Translations under genes and position numbers: made by a program
Origin: Vermamoeba vermiformis
Taxonomy: Eukaryota
Length of the DNA: 60,584 nt
Assembly: GCA_045837725.1 (NCBI GenBank)
Contig: JBEWZL010000201.1
Location: forward strand, 62,001 to 122,584
Reading direction: 5' to 3'
Part shown: positions 39,179-51,936 of the stretch, one piece after another
Position numbering within the stretch: position 1 is the stretch's first letter
How the letters are laid out: each line of letters opens with the position of its first letter
The notes under the pieces: generated by a model
The model's database searches: none
Told to the model about the DNA's origin: nothing
The model's input: the letters and a program-made list of their open reading frames with translations, nothing else

Positions 39179-39367
39179 ATCACGTGACGTCACTGAGAAC
39201 GGTAAAACGGGGATACCGCGCCAATTTTTTTTACTTATTAGCTCAGATCGAATACAACACGAAAGCGGCTAGGCGGAATATTCTTCCTTATATATTCTGC
39301 TCCATTCGCTCTCACTTCCATATTTGTTGCATTATATATTTTTTTTGATTGTTTTTTTTTGACGTCA
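39179..39367. promoter_or_regulatory. Overlapping E-box/CRE (ATCACGTGACGTCAC) plus a second TGACGTCA upstream of the sterol desaturase
   Basis: Motifs read directly at 39179-39193 and 39360-39367; function is inferred only. Confidence 0.35.
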
Positions 39368-39436
39368 CGCGCTTCGATCAGCCCGTTTTCCTATTCAAGC
39401 ACCCTCATTCTCAAGCATTTTGCCAAAGAAAACACA

Positions 39437-40966
39437 ATGGTTCTCAGCACCTGGTTGGTCATTCCTCCTCTCTTCATCATTGCGACCTTTTTGTACACTT
39501 TGTACATCTACAAAATTAAAGCTCCATCCGTGCCCGGCCCATCTTTCGTCTGGCCTCTTGTTGGACAAATATGGAACCTCATTAAGCACCCTCACGAATT
39601 TTGGTTGACTCAGGAGTCTTATGGAGACCTTTCGAAGACCCTTCTTCCCGGCAACAGGCTGATGTTCTTCTCCGCTAAATCCGAGTACAGCAACAAAGTA
39701 TTCAAAGAAAATACCGGAGAGAACTTGCGCATTGTTATCGGCTTGAATGACGAAGTCTTTTCAGACCAAAACATCTCCTGCTTGCACGGCCCCGAGCACA
39801 CCTTCTTGCGCAAATCTCTGTTGCAGCTCTTCACTCGCCACAGATTGGGCGTCTATGTCGAGACTCAACAAACCTTGATGCGCCAAATCTTCAACCAATG
39901 GCTCAAGGACTTTGGTGGCAAGGAAGTCGAGTTCCGAAACTTGGCCCGAGATTTGAACATGTACACCTCGCTTCGGGTTCTGATGGGCTCATACATTACC
40001 GAAGACGAAATTGATTCGCTCAACGAAATGTTCTTCACTGTCAACAATGGTCTCATTGCTTTGCCCGTTAATTTGCCTGGCACTCCTTTGAACAAAGCCA
40101 TTGCTACCCGCGAGAAGCTGATGGAGAAATTAAGATCCGTCGTCAGAAACGCCCACAAGAACTTCCTCCACCACAAGGACAACCAAAGCGTTGCTTACTA
40201 CTTGTTGGAGAACGTCATTAATAATTTGCGCCGCGAGCAAGCCAAGAAAGAAAACAACGGAGACGATCAAGTCCACAAGGATTTGGCTGGCCATGAATTC
40301 ACTGACTTGCCCGAGCTTCCCGAAACTGGTCCATGGTCTGTCACCAAGGTTGCCAACGTTATTTTGAACTTGCTTTTCGCTTCTCAAGACGCCTCTACTT
40401 CCTCGATCGTCTGGGCAGTCCACTTGTTGGATAAGCACCGAGATGTGTTGGAGAAGGTTCGCCAAGAGCAACTCGCCCTCCGCCCCAACGATGAACCCAT
40501 CACCCACGACGTATTGGACAAGATGACCTACACCCACCAAGTCGTCAAGGAGATTCTTCGCTTCCGCCCTCCCGCGATCATGGTTCCTCACGAAGCCAAG
40601 ACTGACTTCGATATTGACGGTCACAAGATCCCCAAGGGCAGTCTTATTATGCCTTCTATTATGTCTGCTGTCAACCAAGGCTTTACCAACCCGTACGAAT
40701 TCAACCCCGATCGCTTCTCTGAAGCCAACCGTGAAGATGTGACTTACGCCAAGAACTACCTCGTCTTCGGTGCTGGTCCTCACTCTTGCATTGGTCGCGA
40801 GTACGCCATCAACCAATTGAAGGTCTTCACTGCTCTCTTCTCTTCGCTCCTCGACGTCAAGCGCCGCGTTACTGACAAGTCTGAAGAGCTCGTTATGGGT
40901 CCCACTACCTTCCCTGCCGACGGTTGCCCTGTCGTCATTTCCCCTGCCACTGTTTATACTCACTAA
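39437..40966 (+). CDS. ERG5: Cytochrome P450, sterol C-22 desaturase type (CYP61/CYP710/CYP524-like), intronless
   Basis: I-helix LLFASQDASTSS is diagnostic of CYP61/710; KEILRFRPP, PDRF and heme motif FGAGPHSCIG; N-terminal TM anchor from ATG 39437. Confidence 0.92.
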   Translation: MVLSTWLVIPPLFIIATFLYTLYIYKIKAPSVPGPSFVWPLVGQIWNLIKHPHEFWLTQESYGDLSKTLLPGNRLMFFSAKSEYSNKVFKENTGENLRIVIGLNDEVFSDQNISCLHGPEHTFLRKSLLQLFTRHRLGVYVETQQTLMRQIFNQWLKDFGGKEVEFRNLARDLNMYTSLRVLMGSYITEDEIDSLNEMFFTVNNGLIALPVNLPGTPLNKAIATREKLMEKLRSVVRNAHKNFLHHKDNQSVAYYLLENVINNLRREQAKKENNGDDQVHKDLAGHEFTDLPELPETGPWSVTKVANVILNLLFASQDASTSSIVWAVHLLDKHRDVLEKVRQEQLALRPNDEPITHDVLDKMTYTHQVVKEILRFRPPAIMVPHEAKTDFDIDGHKIPKGSLIMPSIMSAVNQGFTNPYEFNPDRFSEANREDVTYAKNYLVFGAGPHSCIGREYAINQLKVFTALFSSLLDVKRRVTDKSEELVMGPTTFPADGCPVVISPATVYTH

Positions 40967-41911
40967 GCTCTCCGTTCCTCCTTGGCACGAAGATATTTAT
41001 TTGCGAACACATCCCTTTATTATAACCCAAAATTTTGACCGATTTGTATAGAACCCAAATGAAACCATATAAATAATTAATTTAACAATTAAACAGTCGC
41101 GTGCTACCGATGCCGGTTGAAGATTCTGTTCACTAAACCATGATATTTTAATTCAATTGACTGTCATTGCATTTCACAAGCAACGGAGCGGGATTTATTA
41201 ATTTCGTGACACTCGTTGGAGCGACACAGCATTCAATCGATACGACACGGCGGGGTGTAACGTTGTACGAGTACGCAAAATGCGAATTTTGTAGATCTGA
41301 GTTGCAACCAGAAGCTCCAGCCGTCAAGTAAGTAAACAATACGGGATAGCCGCCATTCAAATCAGTTCACGTATTAAATTGAATGTTTCTGTTCATGAAA
41401 CATGCAAGTTGTGTCACGCATCCCTTTTATAAAATTGCACTTTTTCCATGGAAGGCCAAAACAACCGACAACAATGCATGGAATAAATTTGTATTCTATC
41501 GTGCTTGCTATTTATAGATTTACGCAGATCGCGGAGAGAATTTAAAATGCTCGTGAACCGCATAACTTTGGTAATAATATAATGGCACTGCTATTATATT
41601 GAATCCGCGTTACTACTTCATTTAACGCTGCAATTTTTCAGCGACCATCGGAGATTAAAACCGGACAATTAACCGCTTTTGGATCCCTGATAGATCATGG
41701 AAGTTTTGTTGGTTATTTCTGGATCATATACATACAATATTATTATCGTGACGTGTTCAATGGCAGTTTGGTGTCTAGCATTGAGTTTACGAGGTGACGG
41801 TGGTAAAAATCGTTGAACTCTCACTTTTTTGCACGCAGCAAGGAACTAAAAGGTTGCGCTTCACTTCTTCATTTTAAATCAACACTCATATAGTTGCAAA
41901 CACATACAAAC

Positions 41912-42621
41912 ATGGGGTAGGCTCCAAAGTCAGTCTGATTGAGGGCGATCTAATTAGTACTTTTCAACAGCGTCCTTTCATTCCTCGTCGATTGCGTTAT
42001 TGTCAGCAGTGCTTTGGCCGGTGTTCGAAGAGCTACTGGTGTCAAGTAGGTTATTATATGACACGTAGACTCTTTCTGAGTTCACCGCTCAATTTATTTT
42101 ATTGAAAGTTTTTTTATCCTCAGAAAAATTATTTGACGCTAAAATAAATAAAATATGGAGTTATTTATTTAATATTAAACATACCTTACCATTTATGATT
42201 TATTTCAAATTTTGTAAATTGAAAAGTATTTGCAATCTGACAGAACTGACTCGTTTGTGCCTTTTGAACTAAAAATAAATTGCCTATAGTGTCGGCCGAA
42301 TGGTTACTGAAAAATTGAACAATTTCTGGGCTAAGCGTACTTCTGAAGCATTCTTCAAATCCGGCGAGTTTGTTGTTGACAAGAGCATCGAGTTCCTCGC
42401 TAAGACTAAGACTAATGCTCACCTCGCTAACGGTAAGTTCGATTAGTATTTTACGTTTGGATTCGTATTATCGTCACACTACAGAGCAGTTTCGCTCGAT
42501 CCTCGACCTTTACTGACCTGTTTTTACAGCTGGTGAAAAGCTCGGTGAACGCGTGGAGAAATTCGGCGATAAGGTCGAGAAGATGGGCGAGAATATGCAA
42601 AAGAAGAAGAGCGATTATTAA
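41912..42621 (+). CDS. Small DUF1748-like protein, 4 exons (absent from the ORF track)
   Basis: Spliced MG|VLSFLVDCVIVSSALAGVRRATGV|NVGRMVTEKLNNFWAKRTSEAFFKSGEFVVDKSIEF…|AGEKLGERVEKFGDKVEKMGENMQKKKSDY*; D…S…LAGVRR.TG and GE..D pattern recalls DUF1748. Confidence 0.7.
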
Positions 42622-42771
42622 ATTGCTCATTTTGGATCTTGCCCTCGCTCGCCACGGGTTTGTAAATAAAAAACAACTTTCAATAATGCGAAGCCAGGGC
42701 TTTACTATCTAGTATACAAATAACAAGACTATATTACTACGCTATACAACGAGATGACTATACACAGGTGA

Positions 42772-44747
42772 TTACAGAGCCTCGACGAACATTTCAAACT
42801 GCGAGTTGGGAGGTCGCAAGTTGAATGCCTCAGCGGTGTTGATGATGTACGGCACTGCTCCAATGTGCGTGAACTGGAACTTCTTGATGAGGTGAATGGC
42901 TGCCAAGGCGAGCACTTGTTGACTCATCGTCTTGCCAACACAAACGCGCAATCTGAACGAGCATTGTTAGCATCAAACCAGGGACTCGTCGACTAGGTAC
43001 GTACCCGCCACCGAATGGAAAATAACCTTGCGGCTCACCGTTGCTGAATCGGTCAGGTCTGAAGTGCCACGGGTCAGGGAAGAACTCTTCGTTGTAATGC
43101 ACGGCCACTGGGGGCATCAATATTTTGACCTGTTCAGTGTCAGCTTCATGAACGCTAAATGATAGGAGATACTATGGACAGGACTTACACCCTTGGGAAT
43201 GACGTGCGGGCCTAGTTTAATCTCTTGTGTCGCTTCTCTGTCGACCATGAACACGGTGGGATACATGCGCAACATCTCTTTCACCGTGCACTCGAGGTAC
43301 GTGAACTGTTTGACGTCTTCAACGCCGATCACTGGCTTTTTGAAGTTGTTGATCTCCTCGCGCACTTTTTGCAGCACGTCTGGCTCAACGCCGAGGCAGT
43401 AGAACAAGCAGCACAATGCATTGGCGATGGTTTCTGCACCTCCGAGCCTGTCGTGTCGTTAGTCTATCGGTCATATAGCTATGGTTAATGTCAGCAAGCC
43501 GTACATCAATGAAATGGTCTCGTCGATCACTTCACCCTCAGCAGGGCACTCAGGGTTCTCAATGTTGTTTTTCAACAGTGCCGTCAGTGGTGTGTTGTCA
43601 TTCAACTGGTTTTCAGCCTTCTTTTTGGACGCGGCTTCGGTGGCTACTTCGCGCAATCTCTTGTGCACTATGCACCGTTAATATACGACAACGATGGTTC
43701 TCTAGTTATTGACTGTACGTACCTGCCTTAACGCGTCTGACTTGTGGCAGGAATGGCAACAGTTTCCAATACTGCACGGGACTCACAGAGCGGTTCAATA
43801 CTTCTTCGAACAAGAAATCGAGTTCTTTTTGAAGAGCTACGCTATCAGGACGGTCATAAAGAGCTATGTTTTCAAGGTTAGTCGTATTTCTCTTAACAAA
43901 ACGTGTCTCGCGTACAATCTAATGGCTGGCCAGTGACGATGTAGCCCACGGTGTCCAGACTCAACTTCTTGAACAGCGTGTACATGTCTAGTTTGACGCG
44001 CTTCTCGTTGGACTGCTCTAATTGATTCGAGACGCGTTCGACTGCGCGCTGAACGGAGCGTTCAATGTATTCCTGAAATTGTTTCAGTGAATGAGCTTGC
44101 AAAGTTGGCGCGATAATTTTTCGGTGAATGGCCCACGTGCTGCCTGTCACCATGGCGAGCCCTTTGACACCTTGCAAGAAAAATGTCAGTCATGCAATAA
44201 TATTGACGGAAATATTAGCAGCACTTACCGAGGCCTTCAGAAGCGACGGGCTCCATGAGCGCTCTGTTGTTGGAATTGGCGAGTACGGTCTTGATCCACT
44301 CGGGCTTGAAAACAAAGCACATGACAGCGCCTTGGTGTTCGGTGTAGACCTGTAATCGATGGAGGTGACATTAATTTGTAATTCTGAACTCGAAAGATTG
44401 GCAAATTAAATCTTTTTGATATGCAAGATCCTTCGCGCGTTATCCTGACTGCTATACTTACGATATCAGGATTATTTTTTCGCAATTTTTGGGACCACAA
44501 TCTCATGGAGAATCTACTTTGGATCATGCTTGCGATCGGCCATATCTTATTCGCTGTTGGAATTTGTTGTTTCTACAGAACCATTAGTTACTCCAAACTT
44601 AACTTAGGAAAGCACATTACTTACGGCGAAGAAGCGAATAAAGTAGATCGCAATAACCAAAATCAGGCAACCGAATAGAATCAAAGTGGATGTAGGCATT
44701 ATCGACCACGGAAGTTCTGCAATTTGGACAACGTGCGTGTCGTTCAT
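42772..44747 (-). CDS. Cytochrome P450 (family unassigned), multi-exon
   Basis: TM anchor in exon 1; WAIHRKII, LM|LGGAETIANAL, VKEMLRMYP, FRPDRF and PFGGG|LRVCVG. Confidence 0.92.
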
Positions 44748-45646
44748 AATCTATATTCGGAATATGTAATTAGCATCGTTCAGAAAGCTCAGGGCTTAAG
44801 AGTACACGGGACGTGACTTTCAAGTGCAACGAAATTTCAAACGTCATAAAGGGGAACGGGACACTCGTCGAAACACAACTCAGGACTTCCTTATTCTAAC
44901 TGTATTATGTAGTGACGTTGGATTACCCCGGCAGCGCGTTTTACTGGAGAGTAGTGCAGTCCGGACGCCTGCGAGGTTAGCAGCAAAAAAAAACAAAGCA
45001 CATCAGCTCAACTCTAAAATATAATCATTAATATATTAATATTAGTTATTGTCCTTTAGCCACAAATATTACGGCAACCAAAACGAGCGCTATTATTATT
45101 TTCCTCTCAACATAAAAGAATATTATTATGTAATAATTTCTTTGTCCATAGTGCTCAATCTTAATTTAGGTCTCATCTGGTGCCTTCCCATGCTAATTCG
45201 GAATTTTTATAAACAAGTCTGTATGTAAATTATCAAGGATTAATGAATAATTTTTCTTTTGGAAAACACTATACTTACAGTATATTTGGTAAACTAACAA
45301 AAATATCTTATCAATAAACAGATTAAAATTACGTACAAAAGAAAAGGATCGACGAAAGCGGAAGTCATTGCGGTTTGGCGTACAACCCGAAACAGTTAAT
45401 TCTCGGTGGTACAGCAACCCGATTGGGCGTGTTCCGACTGACCGAAGCTTCCAGGCCTGTGTGATTGTGTCAGAAGTTTCTGAGCAGAACTGTCAGAGCA
45501 AAATTCAGTTTTTCGCGGCCTTTCGGAGCACAGCCGACACTTTGCAAATTCATTTTGTTTGGTTTTTGTATAGTCCTCAGGTCTTGTTAACCACAAAGCT
45601 CGCAGGATCACTCCTATTATTGGCGCTCTTTACTAGATCCGGCTCG

Positions 45647-47397
45647 ATGTCGTTGCGATATTTATCTGTTATTCTCGTTGTGTGCTTAAGTTTCGGTAAG
45701 AAAATTTATCCTGATTGCGAGTATCAGCAATACAACAAATTAATTGCACGGCAGCAGGCAGATCTGCCACCATTTATCGGTTAATTTTTTATACGATTGA
45801 ATTAATATCTTTGATTTAATTACTTACTTTAGTGCTTGCCTCGAATCCTACACCTTATTTTCAAGTAGCTCCCACCTACAGAGTTAGTTGGAATGTCAAC
45901 GAAACAAGCCAAATTGTAACTGTCAATGTCCAAGTGGATGCAGCTTGCTGGGTTTGTAAGTAAACTTTAGAAACGAATTATGTTATTAATAATCATAATA
46001 ATATCGGCCTTGTCTTCCACGCGACGTGAACTTTCATGCGGATCACATGATCCATTACTGATCGAATTTAATTCCAGCTCTTGCTTGGCACTGTGCTGAT
46101 TCATCTTGCGATTCTCAAAAGGGAATGACTAACGCTGACTACGCTGTTGCACTTTTCGACGACAATGGCACTGTAAGCCTCAAATTACATCTGCTTGCAA
46201 GTTCTCCTGTCTAACGCATTAACTTAAATAGCTCATTGAATTGCAAGACGGCATTTCATCGCCTACTAAGAACGGATTCACGCGTCCTTTGAGCGATACT
46301 TGTACGTGGTCTGAAAGTCCCAGATCAGCTCTACTACTTTACTAACTTATTTCTCTCTACAGCTGTTAAGGGCACCAATGACTTCTTTGATGTTAGTGGC
46401 CACCAAACTAAGCAGCCTGCATTCACGACCGTCACTTTCTCGCGCAAGTTGGTGACTGAAGATGTGAACGACCATCCCATTACCAATGCTGTTACAAGGT
46501 ACGACAACATACCATTCAACTATGTAGGTGTATGTTGAACTTAATCCTTTGATTAGATTTGTTTGGGCTCACGGCAATGTGGACAACAAGGACCGCAACC
46601 CGAACGAATTCAAATTCCACGGCGACAAGTACCGCGGTGCATTCGAAGCCAATTTGTTTTTGTCGCCTGATGCTCAACAGATTCAACCCCCCACTGCGGA
46701 CATTTCTCAGCTGATCGTTGACTGGCACGGCAGTTTGATGGTAAGTGTATACAAGCACGTGCCAAACAATCTCTAATTCTGATCGATCGATCGCTCATTC
46801 ATGAATCTTATCTTTGCAGACATTCGGATTCAGCGTGTGCATGACAGTCGGCATGTTCATCGCACGTCACTTGAAGATCCACAAGTGGTGGTTCTCGTTG
46901 CACATTCTCGTGCAAGTTCTCGGCACTCTGTCGGCCTTCACGGCCTTCGGACTCATCTTGTGGCTCAAGATTGACAACAGTTACCCTCATTTCCAATCCA
47001 CACACTCGCGCTTTGGTCTCGCGACTTTAATTATCGTCGTGCTGACTGTGTTCAAGGGCTGGTTGTCGCACATCAAGTTCAATCCTAGACGCACTAACCC
47101 TCCTGTCTTCCCTGACCAAATTCACTGTAAGGCATCTGCGTGAAGCGTGTACGACTAATACTAATATTACCTTCAATAGGGTGGCTCGGTCGTGCCATTT
47201 TTGTGCTGTCTACCGTGACCATTATTTTGGGCATGGTCTCGCACGAGATTGGTGTTCCTGTTATCGCTGTCTATTCCATCGCCATCGGCAGCGCTGTGTT
47301 CTTCTACTTCTACATTGATATTTATAAGCGTGTCTCTGGCGACTTGGATCAAGAGCATGAAGATACTCAAAAGTTACTGGGTGTCAACAATTTTTGA
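45647..47397 (+). CDS. DOMON + cytochrome b561 (CYBDOM / ferric-chelate reductase-like) protein
   Basis: Signal peptide MSLRYLSVILVVCLSF; DOMON GMTNADY, TFSRKLVTED, FVWAHG and FHG; b561 histidines DWHGSLM, WFSLHILVQ, STHSRFG and DQIH. Confidence 0.9.
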
Positions 47398-47749
47398 ATA
47401 GATGTATAATAACACTAACATAAAATGAGAAATTAATGTAATTGTCTTCGAGTTTAGCAGCGAATGTTTCGACAAGGAATGAAAATGTCACGTAATTGCT
47501 TTGGCAATTTGAACGAGTTACTTGGCTCTCAGTAGCTTTTTCTCGATAGCTATTTTTATCATTAATTTTTAAGTAGAATTTCTGTGCAATCCACAAATCG
47601 TACCAAAACAAGTTCCCTAATTTGTACATGAATACAAAATCGGGTCAAACTTTCGAATTCGTTTAGATTACTTCGGAGTTTTCTGAGATTGGGCGACACA
47701 ATTTCGAACCTTTACACGGAAGAAATCATCCATTGTTCTCGTTAACAAC

Positions 47750-47756
47750 TATAAAT
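47750..47756 (+). promoter_or_regulatory. TATA-like element (TATAAAT); the same element lies at 48931-48937 before the paralog and at 57620-57626
   Basis: Identical TATAAAT 50-95 nt upstream of three ATGs. Confidence 0.4.
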
Positions 47757-47845
47757 GAGATTCTCCCAACTCCCTTCATTCATTTTCATTCTCGACCCAA
47801 CATTAAACAACTAAACACTTTGCTGACCTGCTTCGTTGCTCAATA

Positions 47846-48665
47846 ATGTTATCTATTACTCGCCTTGCGATTTTGCTCTTCGCGCTGAGCTGCATCTGGT
47901 GCGCTTCGGCTCAAACGAGCGCTCCTTATGTGTCGCTTATCTACTTCAACGACAGTACGTGCCATACCAACTCTTCTTTGCGCGGCTCTGTTGTGGTAAG
48001 TAAAATCACGATTGCTTTCGTCAAGTTCTGAAAATTTGCTCAGTACTTGGATCGCGCTTGCGAAGAAACACCGTGCAGTCAAGTCGGCACAACTGACTGG
48101 TATCAAGTACGAATTTGTCCTACTCCTCCATTCAAGGCTGTAGAGGGCTGGGTCAGTGTCTGGCAATATGCTGACAATCAGTGCTCGACTGGAAACATCA
48201 CTCGTATCCTCACAGGTATGCCACCTGTCACTCAAATTACTTTGACGCGGTGATTGACGACTAGCAGGTATTCCCACGCTTTGTTTCATCGTTCCCGAAA
48301 CCACGCCGTTCTATGCCAAGCTCTCGTGTGGTGGTAACACCGTGACAGCCGACATTTGCTCGGACTCCTGTAGCGCTAACTGCACGACTTTCACTGGTTT
48401 GAGTGCGACATGTTCTGAAACTTCTTCGGCCACCACCACTGCGTTCAGCACTGGTTTTGGTTGTGGTGCTGCTCCTACAGCCCCTACAGCTCCCATGGCA
48501 GCCCCGACTGCCCCGACTGCAGTGCCGCAAACCACTCCTCAAGCCACGACTCCGCCAGTCACTCCTCCGATGGCTCAACCTGTCGCTCAAACCCCCTCAA
48601 GTGCCAGTCAAACTATCGTGCCTTTATTGGTGCTGATTTCCGCGCTAGTATTCAGCTACAACTAA
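47846..48665 (+). CDS. Secreted Cys-rich surface protein with P/T/A-rich stalk and GPI-like C-terminus (paralog 1), 3 exons
   Basis: Signal peptide MLSITRLAILLFALSCIWCASA; YFNDSTC and YADNQC repeats; APTAPTAP stalk; hydrophobic tail IVPLLVLISALVF. Confidence 0.85.
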
Positions 48666-48988
48666 GCTAATTCGCGACTTTTGGAATTCATTTGAAATAA
48701 ACTTGATTTTATAAATCAAAATGGAATTGTAGCTGAAATTTGTATCCGAATACAAACACGATCCGTAGTCTCGCGTGCGTTTGCCAACATGATCGGTATA
48801 AATACATCATAATATGTCTATAATTAGACAGCGATGTGAAATGATGTCGAATTCCGTTAGATTTCCAGAGCAATCCAAATATCTTTGATACGAGTCGCGT
48901 AACGAGCTATATTTGTAGCCAGCCACTAGTTATAAATGCAATTGTCAGTGACTGGTTATTTTAACAAGACAAAAACTTGCTAGCAACT

Positions 48989-49812
48989 ATGAAGATCTTC
49001 GTCTTTCTCATCGCCTCTGTGCTGCTTGCAGCCTACGCGCAACAACAATTTGCCGAAGTAACTACTTACTATTCGAATGATAGCCAGTGCCGAGCGGCGA
49101 ACGTCATTGGAACGCTTGCGGTATGGAAGCGGATCCGATTGGCTGAAAGTGACCTAAAAATAACTTTTGATTAACACAGAGGGTAGTCAATCAATCTGCT
49201 TGCGTCGAGCAGCCTTGCAATTTGGTACCGAATTCGAATTTCTATACTCAAGTCTCGTGCCGTCAAAGTGAACTCGTAGTACCGATCGTGAACTGGCCTA
49301 CTTACTACGTCTACAGCAGCGACCAGTGCGGCGCGGGATCGCTCGTGGAGTTCTTCTTTTGTAAGTGATGCGCGTCTTTTAACTCGTGCAATGAGGCTAA
49401 CAGGTCTTTTTTTTCAGCCAAGCCCGGTGTATGTCATCCGATCACCCTTGCAGGCGTGCCCGTGTTCGTGACTTCGAGCTGCTATTCCTGGGGCACTGGC
49501 GCGACTTTCTGCTCTGACGGCTGTGGCGGAGTACAGTGCATGCCAGTCAACGGCACTCAGACGTGCACCAACATCAACTTCGGCTTCGCATCTGGTTGGA
49601 TCTTGGGCCAATGCGCCACGACTCCCGCAGCCCCAGTTGCAGCCCCAGTGGCAGCACCCGTTGTCGTGACTCCTCCGCTCGCCACTCCCACTGCCGCTCC
49701 GGTGACCACCAGCACTCCTGGCGTCATTCCCGCAACCCAGGTCAATGAAAGTGCGACGCTCTTCGCTTCGTTCTGTTTGGGCCTAGTGTTAATATTAGGC
49801 TTATTATTCTAA
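48989..49812 (+). CDS. Secreted Cys-rich surface protein with P/T/A-rich stalk and GPI-like C-terminus (paralog 2), 3 exons
   Basis: Signal peptide MKIFVFLIASVLLAAYA; YSNDSQC and YSSDQC repeats; APVAAPVAAP stalk; hydrophobic tail; same two intron positions as paralog 1. Confidence 0.85.
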
Positions 49813-49973
49813 TTCCGACTGATTGCTGTGTCGCATCGTTCGGTGAATTCAATTTGTGAACAGTCCGCTAAATAAATTTCATTTAACAATAAGAACAACA
49901 TCATCGAGCGACATATTGTAATGTTAAATTAGCAAATTGGACTAAAGAAAAGGAATAGAAAAAAAATAGTCAG

Positions 49974-51669
49974 ATGTCCTCGAGGCTTACCTCCGTCAAT
50001 TTCAGCACGAAGATAATTTTTACCGGCATAGGACTAGTATGTCGAGGTTTTCTTCGCTTCGTTGGTACGTCCAAGCCCTGGCATTAATTAAAAAAATAAT
50101 ATTTTAGATTTACAAAAACTCTATTTAATTACCGTTAATTTTGCTACTTCTTGTCTATTAGTATATTGCATTGTATTAATTTTTTCTTCAGCTGGCGAGG
50201 TAAAGGTCTCCAACCGAGATCTGTTTATCAAAACAGCCTTCAAGCGTCCCAAAAATCGTCCGCTAATTACTTTAAGTAATCATGACTCAAGTACGTTTTA
50301 CGTTTCATCGATTAAACATTTGCTGACAGTTTTGTTCAGCTTTGGACGATCCATTGATTTGGATGTCCGCAATAAAATTTCCGGAGCTCATGCGGAACAT
50401 GCACAATATGCGGTGGACCATGGGAGCCAAGGAGATTTGTTTTCGAAATCCTTTCAACAGCTGGGTCTTTGGCAACGGTCGGTGAGTATTCCTCCAGTAC
50501 AGTATCGGCTCCATCAAACCTTTAACCACCTTCTCAGCGTATTTCCGATCGAAAGAGGCCTCGGCGTCAATCAACAAGGCATGCAATGTGCGCTGGACTT
50601 GTTGAATCAAGGACAATGGGTGCACATCTTTCCTGAAGGCAAAGTCAATCAGACGGGCGAGCTGTTGCGCTTTAAAGTACGTGCCTCATAAGAATGTTAA
50701 CACTGTTGTAACTATAGACCCTCGTACTGACCTTTGATGCGCAGTGGGGTGTCGGCAAATTGCTGTGCGAGGCTCAAGTAACGCCGTTAGTGTTGCCAGT
50801 GTATCATCACGGTGAGTTGAAAGAGCTCGTAGTATTTGGTTTCATATCACTGATTTGCAGTGTCGTAGGTATGTCGAGTATAATGCCTGAAGGTGTTCGA
50901 CCACGCTACCCACGTCCGCGCAAACCGATCACAGTGATGATGGGTCCACGTGTGATCGATTGGCATACAGCTATTCAAGCAGCCAAACAGCGTGGTATTA
51001 CTGGGCCACGATTGTGGGCATTAATTACGGCACGACTAGCGGTGCTGATGGCCCTCATTCGCCTGCGCGTGCGGCACACTATCAACGAGGCCATGGATGA
51101 GCAATTGCAAGTGGAGCCTGAGGTGTTGAAATCCCTCGAAGAGCTCGAGGTTGACGACACTTCAAGGGCAGAGCTGGATCGTGAACTGGCGTGCGGTGAC
51201 AGCAGCAACGGTCTGAAGATCAATGTGCACGTTGAACGAGGTGAAGTTAGCATAGAACAAGAGCGTGCTGCTCAGCAAGAAGAACTCACTGCCAACAATT
51301 TGAACGAAAAGTAAGTAGCTTGTTCCTTCCGGCCCCGAAATTTTTGCCGTATTTGGCTAACGTCGTAATTTAATCCCGATATTTCGGGCCACATATCTTT
51401 TGGTTATTCCGCTGCAATAACGAATTAGCACCGAGCACTGTAGATACTAATTAATTCAATATTGTAGAGCTGAGGTTTCTATCGATTCATTGATTGCCGC
51501 ACTAATCGCGGATCCAAATCTGAACGAGCTGGACGTGACTGCCAAAGTCGGTCCTGGCAACACCATGTCATTCTACGTACCACCTAGCAATCTCATAGCA
51601 CATGTATATAATCGAATTATTCGTGTTCGGGGCAACCGGAGTGTGATGCTGATTGCAGAGACAAAATAA
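49974..51669 (+). CDS. TAZ: Tafazzin-like phospholipid transacylase with long C-terminal extension
   Basis: RPLITLSNHDS|xLDDPLIW, MRWTMGAKEICF, ERGLGVNQQGM, WVHIFPEGKVNQ, FK|WGVGKL and PLVLPVYHHG. Confidence 0.92.
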
Positions 51670-51936
51670 ATGACTGTTGGTGTGATCCAGCTCTTCTTCT
51701 ATTTAGAGCTTGATAGTCGTTAATGTTGATGTTGTCGTGCATTTTGCTCGAATTATGCTTATTTCAATTTCTTTTGTGGTTCGTTGGTTTTGATTTGACG
51801 TCGTCTCGTGTCAATGTTCGGATGCTGCCGAAAGTGGTGCAGAATAATTTGCAATAAATAAATTTATTCGCGTCCTTAAGGTCAGTCTAAATTTACATGG
51901 AAAATTTGCGGCTTATTGTTGGCTATAATAATCGAT

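Noticed and set aside
40130-40963. 277-aa antisense ORF over the sterol desaturase (likewise 22241-22954 and 7687-8537)
   Set aside because: Expected shadow ORFs of strongly codon-biased genes.
41148-41500. Possible small secreted-protein gene on the minus strand
   Set aside because: A hydrophobic stretch and Cys-containing ORF exist, but an in-frame TGA and the lack of a usable ATG or donor prevent a model; at most a remnant.
39437-44747. Two P450s as a biosynthetic gene cluster
   Set aside because: They belong to different families, one is a core sterol enzyme, and no backbone synthase (PKS, NRPS or terpene synthase) is nearby.
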